A DNA stretch of 60,369 bases from NCBI GenBank assembly GCA_947306755.1, contig CAMZHI010000005.1, forward strand, positions 1 through 60,369, in the 5' to 3' direction. Of this stretch, positions 17,015-26,962 are shown piece after piece (within the stretch, counting starts at the first letter, position 1; each line of letters opens with the position of its first letter). Under the pieces are notes generated by a model. That model was not told the DNA's origin, ran no database searches, and saw only the letters and a list, made by a program, of their open reading frames with translations. Source of the DNA: an uncultured Clostridia bacterium (GTDB lineage: Bacteria; Bacillota; Clostridia; TANB77; CAG-508). Position numbers and translations under genes: made by a program.

Positions 17015-17044
17015 TTGACTTGTTTTGAACATCTATTTTATAAT
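17015..17044 (+). promoter_or_regulatory. Sigma-A-type promoter of adhesin pair 1
   Basis: TTGACT (17015-17020), an 18-nt spacer, then TATAAT (17039-17044), about 45 nt upstream of ATG 17089. Confidence 0.5.
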
Positions 17045-17088
17045 ATAATAAGCATTAAAAGTATATAAAATATAAGGAGGAATTTTAT

Positions 17089-20000
17089 ATGAACATGACT
17101 AAAAAAGGCTTATTTATCAAAATTTGCGCAATAGTAATTGTTATTGCATTAACAATTTCTGATTTTATGTTTGTTGGTCAAGCTGCTGTAAGCTATGCAG
17201 TAGATATTATAAAAACAAACAGTGCAAATGTCGATTTTTCTGCTTATTTCTTAAATGCAAATGGTGATAAGATTGAAAAAGTAGAAGAAAATATTGACAA
17301 AGGAGAAGAATATCTTTATGTTGATATATCAGTTAAAAATGAAGGATATTTCAATGGAAAGATTAGTTTAAATAACAACAATTTTAATATCAAAAATGTG
17401 ATATTAAGTGAAAGTGTAGCAGAAATTTCAGGAAATGAAGTTAGACTTAATCAAATTAATGCAGGAAGTAATGTTACAATAAAACTTGCAATTGATCCTA
17501 TTAATTCAACTTCTATAAATAGTGATATGTTAAATTCTGTTACTAAAGTTAATTTAAATGGTCAATATATAAATAGTAAGAATGTTGAAAAAGAAAAACA
17601 TATTGACATTTCTGGAACAGCTGAAGTATCAATTAATTGGAAATCTAGTGAAAATACGAAATTAGAGTTAGAAAGTTCATTACTTACAAATTCTATATAT
17701 ACCAATAATAATGAAGAAAATAGAGTAGTTCAAATATTAGTAAATAGTAAAATTACTAATAACAATTATCCAGTTAAAAATACTAATATTACTTTAAATG
17801 TACCTGAAAATGTTAAAGATGTAAAGGTACATTCGAGAAGCAATGCTGCAACAAACAGTAGTGTTTTATTTAGTGATGCTAATTATATGTATAATAAAGA
17901 AGAAAAGGAGCTAACTATTAGGGTCGCTAATGATAATCCAAACAGTGTTAGCTGGGCCAAAGATGTACAAGATTCTTTTGTTATAACATATATATTTGAT
18001 AAAGAAAACAGCCTACTTAATTCAGAAATAAGTGTCAAAGATGAAGTAAGTACTTATGATAATAAAAATTTATCATTAACAAATAGTGTTCGTATAGATA
18101 AAGAAATAGATGGAATAGTATCATTTGAATTAGATACTAATGAGAACTATATATATAAAGGTAGATTATATACAGGAGAAGAAAGAAGCTATAAAACTAC
18201 AAGCAAAGTATATATAGATTATCTAAATGCAAATAAAATAACATTGAATGAAGGTATATCATCATTTGCATCAGCTGATGCAACAATACCTGCAAATATT
18301 GTTTATAAACAAATTAAAATTAATAAAAACGAATTTTTAGCAATATTTGGAAATGAAGGTTATATTACTGTCAAAGATAATAATGGAACAGTTATTTCAA
18401 CAATAAATGCAGGTTCTCAAGAAGATAATGATGGTAATATTGTAGTTTATTTAAATGGAGGTAAAGATGCAATAGCAATGGAGACATCAAAACCAGTTGC
18501 AATTGGAACATTAAACATCGAAAATACAAAAAGTATTTTAGCCTCAGATAATTCTAGAGAAACAGTTAATAGTTTAACATCAATAAAAGAAAGAATTGAT
18601 GGACATTATGATGAAAAGCAAAATATTACTGTAAATAAAAATATAGAATTAAGAAATACATCAAGTAAAGCTAATTTAGCAGTTAGTACAAATACTTTAT
18701 CTTCAATAGAAGAAAATAAAAAAGTAAAAATAACAGCAGTTTTATTAAATAATGATGAAAGCAAAGATTTATATCAAAATCCAAATATAAAAATTACTTT
18801 GCCACAGCAAGTAAAAGCTCTTAATAATTTTAATTGTCAAGTTTTATATGCAAATGGACTTGAAACAAAAGCAAATATAAGCGAAGAAAATGGAAGCAAA
18901 GTTATTACAATTAATCTTTCAGGAGTTCAACAAACATATAATACTGAAACATTAGAAGGAACAACTATAATTATATATGCTGATTTATTAGTTGATCAAT
19001 TAGCTACAAATAGTGATGAAAATATCGTATTAAACTATACAAATGAAATAGCAAGTTCATTTGAAGATAATGGAGAAGTTAAAGCACCTGTTAAAATAGT
19101 TGCAGAACAAGGATTAATTACAACAAATAGTATTCCTGAATTAAAAGTAGAAACTATTGGAAATAAGGGTACAAAAAATGTTGTTTTACCTACTAATAAA
19201 GAAGCAAAAAATGCAACTATAAAAATTGGATTAATAAATAATGAAGGTGTAGTATTAAATAATGTTTCTATATTAGGAAAATTCCCTACATCATCAAATT
19301 TAGGGGCAAGTTTAGCAACAAAAATAAATGTTTTATCTGAAAATAACATTAAAGTATATTATAGCGAAAATGAAAATGCAAATGAAGATATAGCAAATGT
19401 TTCAAATGGTTGGACAGAACAATTAAATACGGTAAATCCAAAAAAATATTTAATTACAGTTCCAAATATGGCTATAGGAGAAAAATTTGAAGCTACTTAT
19501 AATATAAATATACCAGAGAATTTAGGATATAATTTACAAGCTGAAGAAGGCTATAAAGTTAATTATACAAATTCTGTAACATTTGTAAACAAGCAAATTG
19601 ATGCAACAACATTAAATCTTACTACAGGAACAGGCGCAGAGCTACAATCAACTATTAAAGCTTATATTGCTGGAGAAGAAATAACAGATGGTTCAACAGT
19701 ATATAATGGAGAAATAATCAAATATGTTGTTACAGTTAAGAATAATGGTACAGAAGCAGCAAAAAATGTTAATATAAAAACTGAAGTACCAGAGAAAACT
19801 ACATATGTACAATATATTAAAACTTCAGAGAATTTAAATCCAGATGAAATGGGCTCAACAGATTATTATAAAGAAATTGCAGTTGAAAATGGCGTAATTT
19901 CTGAAAACATTGAATCATTAGGTATAGGAGAAGAAAAGAAATTCTCATATGAAATAAGAATTGAAGATGAAGCTATAAATAACACAATTTCAACTAAATC

Positions 20001-22077
20001 AACAGTAACATATTTAGGAAATGCAACTAAAGAGGATGCAGATACAATTAAAAGTAATAGTATAACAAATAGAGTTAGCAAGTCAGACATTGCAATGAAT
20101 ATGGTTATGATAGTTAGAGGATCTGATACAATTAAAAAAGGTATAGTATATGCATATAATCTCACAGTTACAAATAAATCTGATTCAAAACTTTCAAATG
20201 TTGAAGTTGAAGTTAAACCTAACTCATTATACACAATTTCTAATATAGTTTGTGGAGAAGATATAATTGAATTTAATAACAATAAGTTTACAATTGAAAG
20301 TATTAATCCTGGAGAAACAAAAACATACGAAATTGATGTTAATGCAAATGGAGAAGGTGAAATTGCTACTATTTACGCTATTGCTAATAACTTATATCAT
20401 TCAAATTTTATAACAGAAAGAGTTGCAACATATAGGTTAACAGCATCAATGAAATCTTCAAATGAAGGAGAAACAATTAATAATGGAGATTCAATTCTTT
20501 ATAATATAACTGTTACAAATGATGGTACAGAAAATATTGATTATATTGAGGTTAGTCAAGACATTTCTACACATTTAGATATAAAAAGAGTTACAACAAA
20601 TGGAAAAGAAATTGAATATTCTACTCAGTTTAAAGAAGATGAACAAGAAAATACAGAAGCAGAATCACAAGAAAATGAAGCGGATACAACAAATAAAGTT
20701 GAAGAGAGCGAAAAATATAAATTAGGATTCTTTACTGAAGATACATTGAAATCAGGTGAATCAATGCAAATAAATGTTGAAGCTTCTACAAGTGAAGAAG
20801 ATTCACATAGTAATGATATTCATTTATCAAGTTTAGCAGAAGTAAGAATAAAGAATCTATCTGTTCAAACAGAAGAAATCAACCACATTTTAAAAGCTAA
20901 TCTAGTTTCTATAGAAGAAGATCAACCAGAATTAATTGAAAATCCTGAAGGAGAAGATGAACCAGCTAATCCAAATGAGCCAAATAATCCAAACAACCCA
21001 GATAATCCAAGTGGTTCAGATCCTACAGAAAATCCAAGTACACCTGAAAATCAACCTGGTAACAATAAACAAGAAAAAACTTATACAGTTTCAGGTACAG
21101 CATGGTTAGATTCAAATGAAAATGGTTCAAGAGATTCTGAAGAACAAACATTAAGTGGAATAAAAGTTAGATTATTAAATCTAGATAATAATACATCAAT
21201 TAATTCTACAACATCTGAAAACGGATTTTACTCAATTTCAAATGTTAAGAATGGTAGATATGTTGCTATATTTGATTATGATACAGAAAAATATATGTTA
21301 ACAACATATCAAGCAGAAAATGTTTCAAGTTCAAGAAATTCAGATATAGAAAATGTAACAATGAACTTAGATGGCGAAAGCAAAAAAGTTGCTTCAACAG
21401 ATACTATAACAATTAATAATGAAAATATTACAAATATAGACATTGGTTTAATTGAAGCAAAAGTATTTGACTTAAGTTTAACAAAAACTATAAGCAAAGT
21501 TACAATTACAAATTCTACAGGTGCAAAAACTACTGAATACAATGATGCTAATATTGCAAAAGTTGAAATAAAAGCTAAAAATTTAGAAGGAACATTAGTT
21601 GCTATCGAATATAAGGTGAAAGTAACAAATAATGGTGAAGTTGCAGGTTATGTAAAACAAATTGTTGACTATAAACCATCAGATTTAAGCTTTAATTCAA
21701 GTTTAAACCCTGAGTGGTATCAATCAGGAGATTATATTTATTCAGCAAGTTTAGGTAATACAAAAATTGAAGCTGGAGAAACAAAAGAACTTACATTAGT
21801 ATTAACAAAGAAAATGACAGAATCAAATACTGGATTAACAAACAATACTGCTGAAATTGCAGAAGACTATAATTCATATGGTATTCAAGATATAGATTCA
21901 ATTCCAGGAAATAGACAAACAAATGAAGATGATATGGGAAGTAGCAATGTAATTATAAGTGTTAGTACAGGTGCTGCAGTAAGCTATATTTCATTAACAC
22001 TATCTATTATAATACTAATTGCTGTTGGAACATATATAGTTTCAAGAAAAATTTTAAAAGATAATATAGAGATATAG
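17089..22077 (+). CDS. Giant cell-surface protein, A-type paralog 1: signal peptide, DUF11/CARDB-like repeats, P/N-rich linker, SdrD-B-like domain, C-terminal SVSTG + TM + basic tail
   Basis: RBS is AAGGAGG. DUF11-like segments include GEIIKYVVTVKNNGTEAAKNVNIKTEVPEKTTYV and GDSILYNITVTNDGTENIDYIEV. The SdrD-B-like segment is VSGTAWLDSNENGSRDSEEQTLSGIKVRLLN...NGFYSISNVKNGRYVAIF. The protein also has DIDSIPGNRQTNEDD and the tail ISVSTGAAVSYISLTLSIIILIAVGTYIVSRK. Confidence 0.75.
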   Translation: MNMTKKGLFIKICAIVIVIALTISDFMFVGQAAVSYAVDIIKTNSANVDFSAYFLNANGDKIEKVEENIDKGEEYLYVDISVKNEGYFNGKISLNNNNFNIKNVILSESVAEISGNEVRLNQINAGSNVTIKLAIDPINSTSINSDMLNSVTKVNLNGQYINSKNVEKEKHIDISGTAEVSINWKSSENTKLELESSLLTNSIYTNNNEENRVVQILVNSKITNNNYPVKNTNITLNVPENVKDVKVHSRSNAATNSSVLFSDANYMYNKEEKELTIRVANDNPNSVSWAKDVQDSFVITYIFDKENSLLNSEISVKDEVSTYDNKNLSLTNSVRIDKEIDGIVSFELDTNENYIYKGRLYTGEERSYKTTSKVYIDYLNANKITLNEGISSFASADATIPANIVYKQIKINKNEFLAIFGNEGYITVKDNNGTVISTINAGSQEDNDGNIVVYLNGGKDAIAMETSKPVAIGTLNIENTKSILASDNSRETVNSLTSIKERIDGHYDEKQNITVNKNIELRNTSSKANLAVSTNTLSSIEENKKVKITAVLLNNDESKDLYQNPNIKITLPQQVKALNNFNCQVLYANGLETKANISEENGSKVITINLSGVQQTYNTETLEGTTIIIYADLLVDQLATNSDENIVLNYTNEIASSFEDNGEVKAPVKIVAEQGLITTNSIPELKVETIGNKGTKNVVLPTNKEAKNATIKIGLINNEGVVLNNVSILGKFPTSSNLGASLATKINVLSENNIKVYYSENENANEDIANVSNGWTEQLNTVNPKKYLITVPNMAIGEKFEATYNINIPENLGYNLQAEEGYKVNYTNSVTFVNKQIDATTLNLTTGTGAELQSTIKAYIAGEEITDGSTVYNGEIIKYVVTVKNNGTEAAKNVNIKTEVPEKTTYVQYIKTSENLNPDEMGSTDYYKEIAVENGVISENIESLGIGEEKKFSYEIRIEDEAINNTISTKSTVTYLGNATKEDADTIKSNSITNRVSKSDIAMNMVMIVRGSDTIKKGIVYAYNLTVTNKSDSKLSNVEVEVKPNSLYTISNIVCGEDIIEFNNNKFTIESINPGETKTYEIDVNANGEGEIATIYAIANNLYHSNFITERVATYRLTASMKSSNEGETINNGDSILYNITVTNDGTENIDYIEVSQDISTHLDIKRVTTNGKEIEYSTQFKEDEQENTEAESQENEADTTNKVEESEKYKLGFFTEDTLKSGESMQINVEASTSEEDSHSNDIHLSSLAEVRIKNLSVQTEEINHILKANLVSIEEDQPELIENPEGEDEPANPNEPNNPNNPDNPSGSDPTENPSTPENQPGNNKQEKTYTVSGTAWLDSNENGSRDSEEQTLSGIKVRLLNLDNNTSINSTTSENGFYSISNVKNGRYVAIFDYDTEKYMLTTYQAENVSSSRNSDIENVTMNLDGESKKVASTDTITINNENITNIDIGLIEAKVFDLSLTKTISKVTITNSTGAKTTEYNDANIAKVEIKAKNLEGTLVAIEYKVKVTNNGEVAGYVKQIVDYKPSDLSFNSSLNPEWYQSGDYIYSASLGNTKIEAGETKELTLVLTKKMTESNTGLTNNTAEIAEDYNSYGIQDIDSIPGNRQTNEDDMGSSNVIISVSTGAAVSYISLTLSIIILIAVGTYIVSRKILKDNIEI

Positions 22078-22094
22078 GGAAAGGAGGATATAAA

Positions 22095-25000
22095 ATGGTT
22101 AAGTTAAACAATATTAAAAAAGCATGGATTTCAATAATAATATTTTGTATAGCAGTATTATTGGGAAGTAATTCAGTTCAAGCAGTATATTTTTCAGGAT
22201 GGAAAAATGGATCTAATCCACTATGGACATCAAGAGAATTTTACTGTATAGAGCACCAAGATTATTTTACTGTAGGAAACTGGAATAAAGTTTCTGAACA
22301 AGTAATAACAAGTAATGATGCTTCACAATCTAATAGAGCATTAGCATATATCCTTCGAGATGCAGTAAAAACTGGAGATACAGGATATAATGGTAAAGGT
22401 GCACACCAATATGCTGTTTGGAGATGGTATTACAATGCAGGTATTAACACAAAATATCCAGGAGAAAATGCAATTTATAATGCAGGAATGAAACAACCTC
22501 AAATCAAATATTCTAATTCAAAATCTAATATTAAAGTTGCAAATACAAAAATTACAATGACTGGAGAAATAGGATCTTTCAAATTTACAGAATTAAGTGG
22601 AACTAATTTAAAATTTGAAATAACATGGGCTAATAAAACAACAAAAGTTTTAGAACAAAATGATAAAATAAGTAATTGGATAGAGTTTTATTCTGATAGT
22701 AAATGTACAAAACCACTTAAGATTAGTGCTATCAAAAAAAATCAAATGGTATATTTTAAAAATTTAAGCAATCAAGAAATTAAAAGTATTAAGGCAACTG
22801 TGATGAATCAAGCAAGTGGTTATAAAGTTACTATATCTAGATATAAAAAATCAACAGGTCAGGCATCACAACAAGATTTAATTAGTGCAAAAGTTGAAGA
22901 AGGACAAAATACATCAGTTTCGGTAACAATGAATATAACCTATACTTATGGTAAAATTCTAATTAAAAAAATAGGTGTATATACAGAAAATGATCAAAAA
23001 ATAACAGATAAGAATGTTAATGCAACTTTTAAATTATATTGTAATACACTAGGAAAATGGGTTTCTGGAGATGCAGATTCTAGAAAAACATATGTAGATA
23101 GTATTGACAAAGCTACAGAATACAAATCTAATACAATAGTTACCAAACTATTTTCTACATATAAATATGAATTAGTAGAAGTAAAGGTTAACAATCCAGA
23201 ATATAATCCTATTAAAATGGTTGGAGCAACAAGTAAAACAGGTGATTCACAAACAATAAAATTACCTGTTGGTAAAAATGGAGAGTATTATACTGCTAAA
23301 AGTGTAATTGTACATAATAATAAGACAAATACAGTTACTGTAGAAGATGAAAGAGCAGTTGGAAATTTAAAAATTCTTAAAGTAGATGATAATCATAAAG
23401 ATATAGTTCTTTCAGGAGCAGAGTTTATAATTAAAAAAGAAGGAACAGAGAATTGGATAATTAAGAACTCAGATGGAACATATAATTATAATGGTAAATA
23501 TGAAGATGTTGTAAATAACAAAGTTGGAGTTTATACAACAAATGCACAAGGAATTGCAGAAATTAACAAATTAAAATATGACACATACCATATTTACGAA
23601 ATAAAAGCTCCAGATGGATATAATATTGAAAAACAAGATAAATATGATCAAAATAAAAAATGGATTGATTTAGGAACTGCAGTTTTAGGAGCAACAGATA
23701 CAAATGTTACTTATACTGTAACAAATAAAAAAGTTGTTAGCTTAGAAGGTAGAGTATGGCAAGATATTTCAATGGTTAAAGGAATAAATGTTGGAGATCA
23801 TGTGTATAGAGAAACAACTGATGCATTGTTAGCTGGCATAAATGTATCTTTATACAATGCTGATAACAAAGTCATTGCTACAACAACTACAGATGATCAG
23901 GGACATTACAAATTTGAAAATCTTAATTATTGGGACTTAGCAGGATGTTATGTAGAATTTACATATGACAATATTAATTATGTTGTTGTTGATCCATTTG
24001 TTGAAAAAGATATTAAGATAAATTCAAAAGCAATTGAAGAAACTATGACTGTTGAAGAATTAGAAGATGATAAGTTAACAGGAACAAAAGAAGAAACAAA
24101 AGAAGATTTACCTGGAAAGGCAATTACTTATAAAGGTGGAAACAAATTAACACCTAAACAAATTCTAGATAATAATAAGGCTCAAGATAAAGATTTAAAT
24201 ATTACACCATTAACAGGATATTATAATGAAGAAACATATACTATTGAAGATATTAACTTAGGCTTACTTAAAAAAATAAATCAAGAAATCTATGTTGGAG
24301 AAAATTTAGAATATATTAAGATTTCATTAAATGGATATACATATACTTACAAATATGGTGATGAAGAAATAATGAATTCTCAATTTGTTCCAACTGTTGA
24401 AAAACAGAAAAATAAATTTGACTATTATGCAAAATTATGCCCAACAGATGTTGCATATGATTCAACAACAAAAGATACAGAAGAATTAAAAGTATATGCG
24501 GTTTATAGTATAGGAGTAGAGAACAATACTATTACACAAGAAGATGATATATATTATGAGAAAAATCTTTATCTATCAGAATTAAAGGCTACTTATGATA
24601 CAGATAGATTTGAATTATCTAAAGATGCAATTGGTGATGCTGAAGAAAACAAACAATTTAAATTATGGGAAGGTGAAAATGGTCAGGCATATTTCACATT
24701 AGATGAAACTGAAGAAAAAGGAAATGTTTTTGCAAATGGAATTGAACCAAATATACAAAAAGAACAAAACCAACCTAGTAAAAGAAAAACAACACATATT
24801 CAATTTAAAGTGAAGAATGATGTTGTAAACAAGATTTTAACCAACCCAGAGTTAGTTAACAACTCAAAATCAGCAACTCAAGTATTTGCAAAAGGATATC
24901 ATGAATATCTTAGAACAGATAATGTTTGGACAGATAATAAAGATGTTATAGCATTTAATAATGCAAAAGGAACATATGATAAAGCAAACACAAATGGTAC

Positions 25001-26714
25001 AAAATACTATGTTCATAAATCAACAGAAGTTAAAGATGAATCATCAGGATTAGGTTTAAAATTCGAATTAGGTGAAGATAGAACTCTATCAGGAACTGTA
25101 TTTGAAGATAACATAATAGAAAATTCATTAGGTAATGGTATTTTAGATAATTCAGAACAAAATAGAGCACAAAAAGTAAAAGTTGAACTTCTAAATGAAA
25201 ATGGTGAAGTAGTAAATCTATATCAAAAAGTAGATGAGAATGGTAAAATTGGTGTCAAGACTGTAGAAAATAATGAATTACCAAAAGCAATTACTACAAC
25301 AAATAGTGATGGTACTTACACATTTGAAGGTGTAGTTCCAGGATATTATTTCATAAGATTTACTTATAGTGAAAAAGATGAAAATGGTGTTATTAAACAA
25401 GTTATGAAAACTGCTGATGGTGATAAACTAATAAGCTCTCAAGATTATAGATCAACTATAATAAATACAAAAGAAAATAATAGTATTATAAAAACAGCGA
25501 TGGAGAATAAGAATAATATAGTAAATGAAGCTAAAGATGTTCTTATCAAATACTATAAAAAAGAAAATATTGATCCAACTAAAATGAGTGTAGGAGATGC
25601 TAAAAAAGTAGTTGAATGGTATAAATACCTAGGAGACACTAAATATTCAACAGCTGTTGATAAAATAACTGGAACTGATGGTAGAACAAATTTAGATGAA
25701 AACGAATATACAAAAAATACTACTTTAAAAGATAATGCAATTCCAGCATATACTCCAATAATTAGTATATCAATAGAAAATGATACTATTGATGAAAAAC
25801 AAATACCTGCAGAACAACAATTAAATCCTCAACAAAAAGAAACTGAAAAGGACAAATCTGCAAGAATATTTGATGCATTTAATTTTGGTTTGATTAAACA
25901 AAACACTCCAAATATAACAACAGACAAGAAATTAACAAATGTTAAATTTACAAATCAAGCCGGAACAACGCTAGTTTCTGAAAACCCAGCAAGTAAACAA
26001 TCTACTTATGTAACAGCATTAGATGCAATTACAGATGAAACTGGATGTAAGTATGCAAAACTTGAAATAGATCCAGAACTAATATATGGATCTAATGTGG
26101 AATTAACATATGAAATAAGTATTGCAAATAATTCTGTTGAAGATTTTGTTGAAGATGTAAGTGATAAAGATTTTGGGGATTACTATAAATATGGTACTAC
26201 AACAGCTAAGACACTACATAAAAAGAAAATAACAGTTAAGGCATTAGAAGATGATTTAGATTCTAAGTTCAATTATAATTCAGTACCAACTTCAACAACT
26301 CAAACTACATCTTTTACAACAAGAAGCGAACCAAATAATATAACTATTAAACCTACAACTGTAGAAGAAACAGATTTGGATGAAACAAAGACAACATCAT
26401 ATCTTGAAATGACTGGTTGGGAATCACTTGAAAGTGGTCAATCTACAAAAACAAGTTATACAGTAACAGCATTAATAGCAAATGATGATTTAGATTCGGC
26501 TTATAAAAATGATGCAAAAATAAAATCATTAAGTTTAGATACACTTACTTCACTTACAACAAAATCTAAAAAGATATGGGAAGCAGATAATACAGTATTT
26601 ACAATTACATCTACAACGGGTGAAAACAGAAATTATATTTATTGGTATGTTGGAGCAGCTGCCCTTGTAATAGTTGCATCTGGATTAATATTCATAAAGA
26701 AAAAAGTTCTATAA
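22095..26714 (+). CDS. Giant adhesin, B-type paralog 1: signal peptide, putative thioester (TQXA-like) head, SpaA/Cna-B-type and SdrD-B-like stalk domains, C-terminal TSTTGEN + TM + KKK tail
   Basis: RBS AAGGAGG lies 18 nt after the A1 stop. FYCIEH contains Cys51 and HQYAVW contains Gln105. The Cna-B-like segment is GNLKILKVDDNHKDIVLSGAEF...YHIYEIKAPDGYNI. SdrD-B-like segments are GRVWQDI...QGHYKFENL and SGTVFEDN...DGTYTFEGVVPGYYFIRF. Confidence 0.75.
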   Translation: MVKLNNIKKAWISIIIFCIAVLLGSNSVQAVYFSGWKNGSNPLWTSREFYCIEHQDYFTVGNWNKVSEQVITSNDASQSNRALAYILRDAVKTGDTGYNGKGAHQYAVWRWYYNAGINTKYPGENAIYNAGMKQPQIKYSNSKSNIKVANTKITMTGEIGSFKFTELSGTNLKFEITWANKTTKVLEQNDKISNWIEFYSDSKCTKPLKISAIKKNQMVYFKNLSNQEIKSIKATVMNQASGYKVTISRYKKSTGQASQQDLISAKVEEGQNTSVSVTMNITYTYGKILIKKIGVYTENDQKITDKNVNATFKLYCNTLGKWVSGDADSRKTYVDSIDKATEYKSNTIVTKLFSTYKYELVEVKVNNPEYNPIKMVGATSKTGDSQTIKLPVGKNGEYYTAKSVIVHNNKTNTVTVEDERAVGNLKILKVDDNHKDIVLSGAEFIIKKEGTENWIIKNSDGTYNYNGKYEDVVNNKVGVYTTNAQGIAEINKLKYDTYHIYEIKAPDGYNIEKQDKYDQNKKWIDLGTAVLGATDTNVTYTVTNKKVVSLEGRVWQDISMVKGINVGDHVYRETTDALLAGINVSLYNADNKVIATTTTDDQGHYKFENLNYWDLAGCYVEFTYDNINYVVVDPFVEKDIKINSKAIEETMTVEELEDDKLTGTKEETKEDLPGKAITYKGGNKLTPKQILDNNKAQDKDLNITPLTGYYNEETYTIEDINLGLLKKINQEIYVGENLEYIKISLNGYTYTYKYGDEEIMNSQFVPTVEKQKNKFDYYAKLCPTDVAYDSTTKDTEELKVYAVYSIGVENNTITQEDDIYYEKNLYLSELKATYDTDRFELSKDAIGDAEENKQFKLWEGENGQAYFTLDETEEKGNVFANGIEPNIQKEQNQPSKRKTTHIQFKVKNDVVNKILTNPELVNNSKSATQVFAKGYHEYLRTDNVWTDNKDVIAFNNAKGTYDKANTNGTKYYVHKSTEVKDESSGLGLKFELGEDRTLSGTVFEDNIIENSLGNGILDNSEQNRAQKVKVELLNENGEVVNLYQKVDENGKIGVKTVENNELPKAITTTNSDGTYTFEGVVPGYYFIRFTYSEKDENGVIKQVMKTADGDKLISSQDYRSTIINTKENNSIIKTAMENKNNIVNEAKDVLIKYYKKENIDPTKMSVGDAKKVVEWYKYLGDTKYSTAVDKITGTDGRTNLDENEYTKNTTLKDNAIPAYTPIISISIENDTIDEKQIPAEQQLNPQQKETEKDKSARIFDAFNFGLIKQNTPNITTDKKLTNVKFTNQAGTTLVSENPASKQSTYVTALDAITDETGCKYAKLEIDPELIYGSNVELTYEISIANNSVEDFVEDVSDKDFGDYYKYGTTTAKTLHKKKITVKALEDDLDSKFNYNSVPTSTTQTTSFTTRSEPNNITIKPTTVEETDLDETKTTSYLEMTGWESLESGQSTKTSYTVTALIANDDLDSAYKNDAKIKSLSLDTLTSLTTKSKKIWEADNTVFTITSTTGENRNYIYWYVGAAALVIVASGLIFIKKKVL

Positions 26715-26736
26715 TATAATAAACAATAAAACTTCA

Positions 26737-26780
26737 AAGAAGCGGAATTCCGTAAGGAAAAACGCTTCTTTTCTTTTTTT
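26737..26780 (+). terminator. Terminator after adhesin pair 1
   Basis: The stem AGAAGCG/CGCTTCT encloses an internal CGGAATTCCG palindrome and is followed by TTTCTTTTTTT. Confidence 0.55.
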
Positions 26781-26845
26781 GTAATAAAAATGTAATGAGA
26801 ATTTAATATAAGATAGTTTTAAAAATTGAACAATAGCTTCCGTAA
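26780..26845 (+). promoter_or_regulatory. Phased TGTAAYA repeats plus TTCCGTAA box upstream of giant-adhesin pair 2
   Basis: TGTAATA is at 26780, TGTAATG at 26791 and a degenerate TTTAATA at 26802. TTCCGTAA is at 26838-26845 and another TGTAATA at 26865-26871. Confidence 0.4.
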
Positions 26846-26962
26846 ATATTTAGAGATTATTTTTTGTAATATTTCAAGTTTAGTAAAAATTGAGGTATTG
26901 AAAATAACGAAAAAACGTGCAAAAATATAAAAGAATATGTATTTTAAGGAGGAGTTTCTATA

